Made by a program: the position numbers and the translations under genes. Below the pieces are notes generated by a model, which worked only from the letters and a program-made list of their open reading frames with translations, was not told where the DNA came from and did not search any database. A stretch of 64,000 nucleotides of DNA from an uncultured Clostridia bacterium (GTDB taxonomy: Bacteria; Bacillota; Clostridia; Oscillospirales; QAKW01), in assembly GCA_944385895.1 (NCBI GenBank), contig CALWYZ010000007.1, forward strand, positions 33,489 to 97,488, written 5' to 3'. Below are positions 60,686-64,000 of this stretch, piece after piece (the first letter of the stretch is position 1; every line of letters starts with the position of its first letter).

Positions 60686-61749
60686 GCAGATTTCTGTCAG
60701 ATCGACTGTCTGCACTTAAAGAGTACATACCAGGCGAGCAGCCTCAGGATATGAAATATATAAAACTCAATACAAATGAGTCACCGTATGATCCGTCACC
60801 TGAAGTAAAAAAAGCAATAACTCAAAAAAGAGCGGCAAAACTACAGCTGTATCCCGAGCCCGATTGTACGGAGCTTAGCGACGCACTTGCGCGTTACTAT
60901 AACGTAGATCGAAACAATATATTAATAGGCAACGGTTCGGATGAAATATTAAATTTTTGTTTTTCAGCTTATTTTGACAATAAATCTCCTGTTTTGTTCC
61001 CGGATATAACCTATGGTTTTTATAAAGTATTTGCAGACCTATATGGCTCTGACTATACACAGATTCCGCTTAATGATTGTTTTTGCATTGACCCTAATGA
61101 CTACATAGGCAAAAATAAAAATATCATACTTGCCAATCCAAACGCACCAACGGGAATAGCATTACCGGTATCGGATATCGAAACAATGGCCGCCTCAAAT
61201 CCTGATAATATCGTTATAATAGACGAAGCGTACGTTGATTTCGGCGGACAGAGCTGTGCTCAGCTAATAAAAAAATATAAAAACCTTATTGTAGTAATGA
61301 CGTTTTCAAAATCCCGCTCACTTGCAGGCGCGCGTATGGGGTTTGCCATTGCCGACAGCGAGCTTATATCTGATCTTAATAAAATCAAATATTCCACAAA
61401 TCCGTATAACATCAACAGCATGAGTCAACAGGCTGCTCTTGCAGCAGTAAATAGCTGTGACTATTATGAGCAAAACTGCAAAAAGATCATGGTAACAAGA
61501 GACAATTTCTGCATTGGGCTTGAAAAACTGAATTTTGAATATCTGCCGTCATGTGCAAACTTTATCTTTGCCAAAAAAACCGGTATAGACGGAAAAACAC
61601 TTTATTTGGAATTAAAGAAGAAAGGAATACTCACCCGTCATTTTGACAGCCCGCGCATTCAGGATTTTCTGCGTATTACCATCGGTACACAGCAACAGAT
61701 GGACATACTGCTTTCTGCACTTTCTGAAATAACGGAGGAAATTTTATGA
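60682..61749 (+). CDS. hisC: histidinol-phosphate aminotransferase
   Basis: KLNTNESP, GNGSDE, NPNAPTG, DEAYVDF and TFSKSRSLAGAR. Confidence 0.95.
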   Translation: MSRFLSDRLSALKEYIPGEQPQDMKYIKLNTNESPYDPSPEVKKAITQKRAAKLQLYPEPDCTELSDALARYYNVDRNNILIGNGSDEILNFCFSAYFDNKSPVLFPDITYGFYKVFADLYGSDYTQIPLNDCFCIDPNDYIGKNKNIILANPNAPTGIALPVSDIETMAASNPDNIVIIDEAYVDFGGQSCAQLIKKYKNLIVVMTFSKSRSLAGARMGFAIADSELISDLNKIKYSTNPYNINSMSQQAALAAVNSCDYYEQNCKKIMVTRDNFCIGLEKLNFEYLPSCANFIFAKKTGIDGKTLYLELKKKGILTRHFDSPRIQDFLRITIGTQQQMDILLSALSEITEEIL

Positions 61750-62333
61750 GAACTGCATCAATAAAACGCAAAACCACCGAAACTGATATAACGGTATTAT
61801 TAAATATAGACGGCAGCGGCAAAAGCCAAATTCAATCCGGCAACGGATTTTTTGACCATATGCTCACCTTGCTTTCACGTCATGCACGTTTTGATCTGAA
61901 TATAACCTGCATAGGTGACACAAACGTAGATTTTCATCACAGTGCAGAAGATATAGGTATTGCAGTTGGCTGTGCTTTAAAAGAAGCGCTGTCCGACAAA
62001 CGCGGGATAACGCGGTACGCTCATACAGTGCTTCCAATGGATGAAGCACTTATTTTGACGGCTGTTGATATTTCCGGCAGAAGTCATCTGTCCTGCAATC
62101 TCTGTCTGCCATCGGCGCGCATAGGAGACTTTGATACTGAGCTATGCAGTGAATTTTTAAATGCTTTTGCGTCAAATGCGGGTATTACACTGCATGTCAG
62201 ACAGCTTTCCGGAAATAATACCCATCACATAATAGAGGGAACATTCAAATCCCTTGCAAAAAGTCTTCGCTGCGCATGTATGATAGATCCTCAAGCAGCG
62301 GATGATATTCCTTCGACAAAGGGGTTGCTTTAA
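61746..62333 (+). CDS. hisB: imidazoleglycerol-phosphate dehydratase
   Basis: FFDHML, DFHHSAED, PMDEAL, NTHHIIE and PSTKG. Confidence 0.96.
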   Translation: MRTASIKRKTTETDITVLLNIDGSGKSQIQSGNGFFDHMLTLLSRHARFDLNITCIGDTNVDFHHSAEDIGIAVGCALKEALSDKRGITRYAHTVLPMDEALILTAVDISGRSHLSCNLCLPSARIGDFDTELCSEFLNAFASNAGITLHVRQLSGNNTHHIIEGTFKSLAKSLRCACMIDPQAADDIPSTKGLL

Positions 62334-62948
62334 ATGGTTGCAATAATAGATTACGGCGTGGGAAATCTTTTTTCACTTAAAAGCTCTTTTGAATTTTTAG
62401 GTGAGTCCGTCATTGTTACAAATGACAGTAAAAAAATTTCCGACAGCGACAGAATAATACTTCCGGGAGTCGGCGCCTTCGGAGACGCCGCGAAAAAACT
62501 CAATGACAGCAAAATGGCAGAGCTTGTGTTGGAGCAGGCAAAAAAAGGCAAGCCGATATTAGGCATATGCCTGGGCATGCAGCTGCTTTTTGAAAAATCA
62601 TTTGAGTACGGTCAGCATTCGGGTCTCTCTCTCATTCCGGGATCTGTACGTCCGCTGCGCGATATAGTGGATCCCTCGCTTGATATTCCGCATATAGGCT
62701 GGAACAGTTTATCATTTCCAAAACACTGCGAGCTTTTTAAATATATAAATGAGGGTGATTATGTATATTTTGTCCACTCCTTTTATGGAGCAGATTGTGA
62801 AAACTACGTCACAGCGTATACAGACTACTCTGTTAAGGTAACAGCTGCCGTAGCTTATGATAACGTATTTGGCACACAGTTTCATCCTGAAAAAAGCGGA
62901 AATGTCGGACTTAAAATACTCAAAGCATTCTGTGAGGTGAGATCATGA
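62334..62948 (+). CDS. hisH: IGP synthase glutaminase subunit
   Basis: LPGVGAF, GICLGMQ, YFVHS and QFHPEKS. Confidence 0.96.
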   Translation: MVAIIDYGVGNLFSLKSSFEFLGESVIVTNDSKKISDSDRIILPGVGAFGDAAKKLNDSKMAELVLEQAKKGKPILGICLGMQLLFEKSFEYGQHSGLSLIPGSVRPLRDIVDPSLDIPHIGWNSLSFPKHCELFKYINEGDYVYFVHSFYGADCENYVTAYTDYSVKVTAAVAYDNVFGTQFHPEKSGNVGLKILKAFCEVRS

Positions 62949-63670
62949 TAATCCTGCCTGCAATAGACATTATCAACGGGCAAGCTGTACGCCTTGAAAA
63001 AGGAGATTACAGCAAAAAAACCGTATACAGTGAAAATCCAGCACAGGTTGCAAAAAAATTTGCAGACACCGGAGCTCAATTTTTGCATCTTGTAGATCTT
63101 GACGGTGCAAAAAGCGGCAGAAGCGATAACTTTGATACCATAAAAGAAATAATAAGCCAAAGCCGGCTATTCACAGAACTGGGCGGAGGTATACGCACGC
63201 TTGAAACTGTCAGAAAATATTTTGACGCAGGTGTGAGCAGAGTGATACTCGGTACCGCGGCAGTTACAGACCCGGATTTTCTTGATCGCTGTCTTGATCT
63301 TTACGGCGATAAAATTGCTGTCGGAATTGATATCAAAGATGGATTTGTAGCTATCCGAGGTTGGACAGAACTTTCAAACTTCACCTGTGAACAGTTTTTT
63401 GAAAAAATGCAGAAAAAAGGTGTAAAAAATATAATATGTACCGATATATCCCGTGACGGTATGCTGGGAGGCACAAATACAGAGCTGTACCATAGACTTT
63501 CCGAAAAATTCAGTATAGATATAACAGCTTCCGGCGGTGTCAGCACACTGTCGGACATACAACTGCTTTCAAAATTGAAGATATACGGTGCAATTCTCGG
63601 CAAGGCTCTTTACACGGGCACATTAAGTCTTACCGATGCCCTTTCCTGCTGCAAGGAGGATAAACAGTGA
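62945..63670 (+). CDS. hisA: ProFAR isomerase
   Basis: [30 protein letters not shown] and ASGGV. Confidence 0.96.
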   Translation: MIILPAIDIINGQAVRLEKGDYSKKTVYSENPAQVAKKFADTGAQFLHLVDLDGAKSGRSDNFDTIKEIISQSRLFTELGGGIRTLETVRKYFDAGVSRVILGTAAVTDPDFLDRCLDLYGDKIAVGIDIKDGFVAIRGWTELSNFTCEQFFEKMQKKGVKNIICTDISRDGMLGGTNTELYHRLSEKFSIDITASGGVSTLSDIQLLSKLKIYGAILGKALYTGTLSLTDALSCCKEDKQ

Positions 63671-64000
63671 TAACAAAAAGAATAATACCATGCCTTGACG
63701 TAAAAGATTCGCGTGTAGTCAAAGGTGTGAACTTTGAAGGACTGAATGATGTATCTTCTCCTGTAGAGCTTGCAGAATACTACAGCTCAAACGGCGCTGA
63801 CGAACTGGTATTTTATGATATTACCGCTTCATTTGAACAACGTGCACTTTTTACCGATATTCTTAAACAGGTTGCCAAGACCATTTTTATCCCTCTGACG
63901 GTAGGCGGCGGAATAAATGAACTTTCTGATTTTGAACGGGTGCTCAGCTGCGGTGCAGATAAAGTAAGCGTAAACAGCGGCGCTATACGCAATCCGTCAC
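63667..64000 (+). CDS. hisF: IGP synthase cyclase subunit (3'-truncated)
   Basis: GTG start; [23 protein letters not shown]...[13 protein letters not shown]...PLTVGGGI. Confidence 0.95.
   Translation, partial: MITKRIIPCLDVKDSRVVKGVNFEGLNDVSSPVELAEYYSSNGADELVFYDITASFEQRALFTDILKQVAKTIFIPLTVGGGINELSDFERVLSCGADKVSVNSGAIRNPS

Overview
This is a chromosomal window from a low-GC Gram-positive anaerobe (Clostridia; an Oscillospiraceae-like placement is my inference from gene content). The housekeeping blocks are ddl-murI-argS, rplS, uvrB-uvrA, pdxK with an ECF S-component, rpmH-rnpA-yidD-yidC-jag-mnmE, glyQS, a Re-citrate synthase/GntR/aconitase/IDH operon, and hisR-hisZGDCBHAF, plus tRNA-Pro and tRNA-fMet. 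Two accessory systems stand out. (1) At 28553-40056 there is a compact, apparently intact 13-gene podovirus-type virion-assembly and lysis operon. It has no integrase, repressor, replication genes or visible att repeats. It carries a very short small terminase and an apparently activator-dependent late-type promoter. It is the best candidate here for a domesticated gene transfer agent (GTA). (2) A SipW/TasA-type fibre system: a five-gene operon at 5701-11012 with a sortase-signal subunit and a tandem-repeat subunit, plus two orphan paralogues at 23240-26678 that share a nearly identical 113-bp 5' cassette. All product calls come from motif recognition by eye; no database searches were run.
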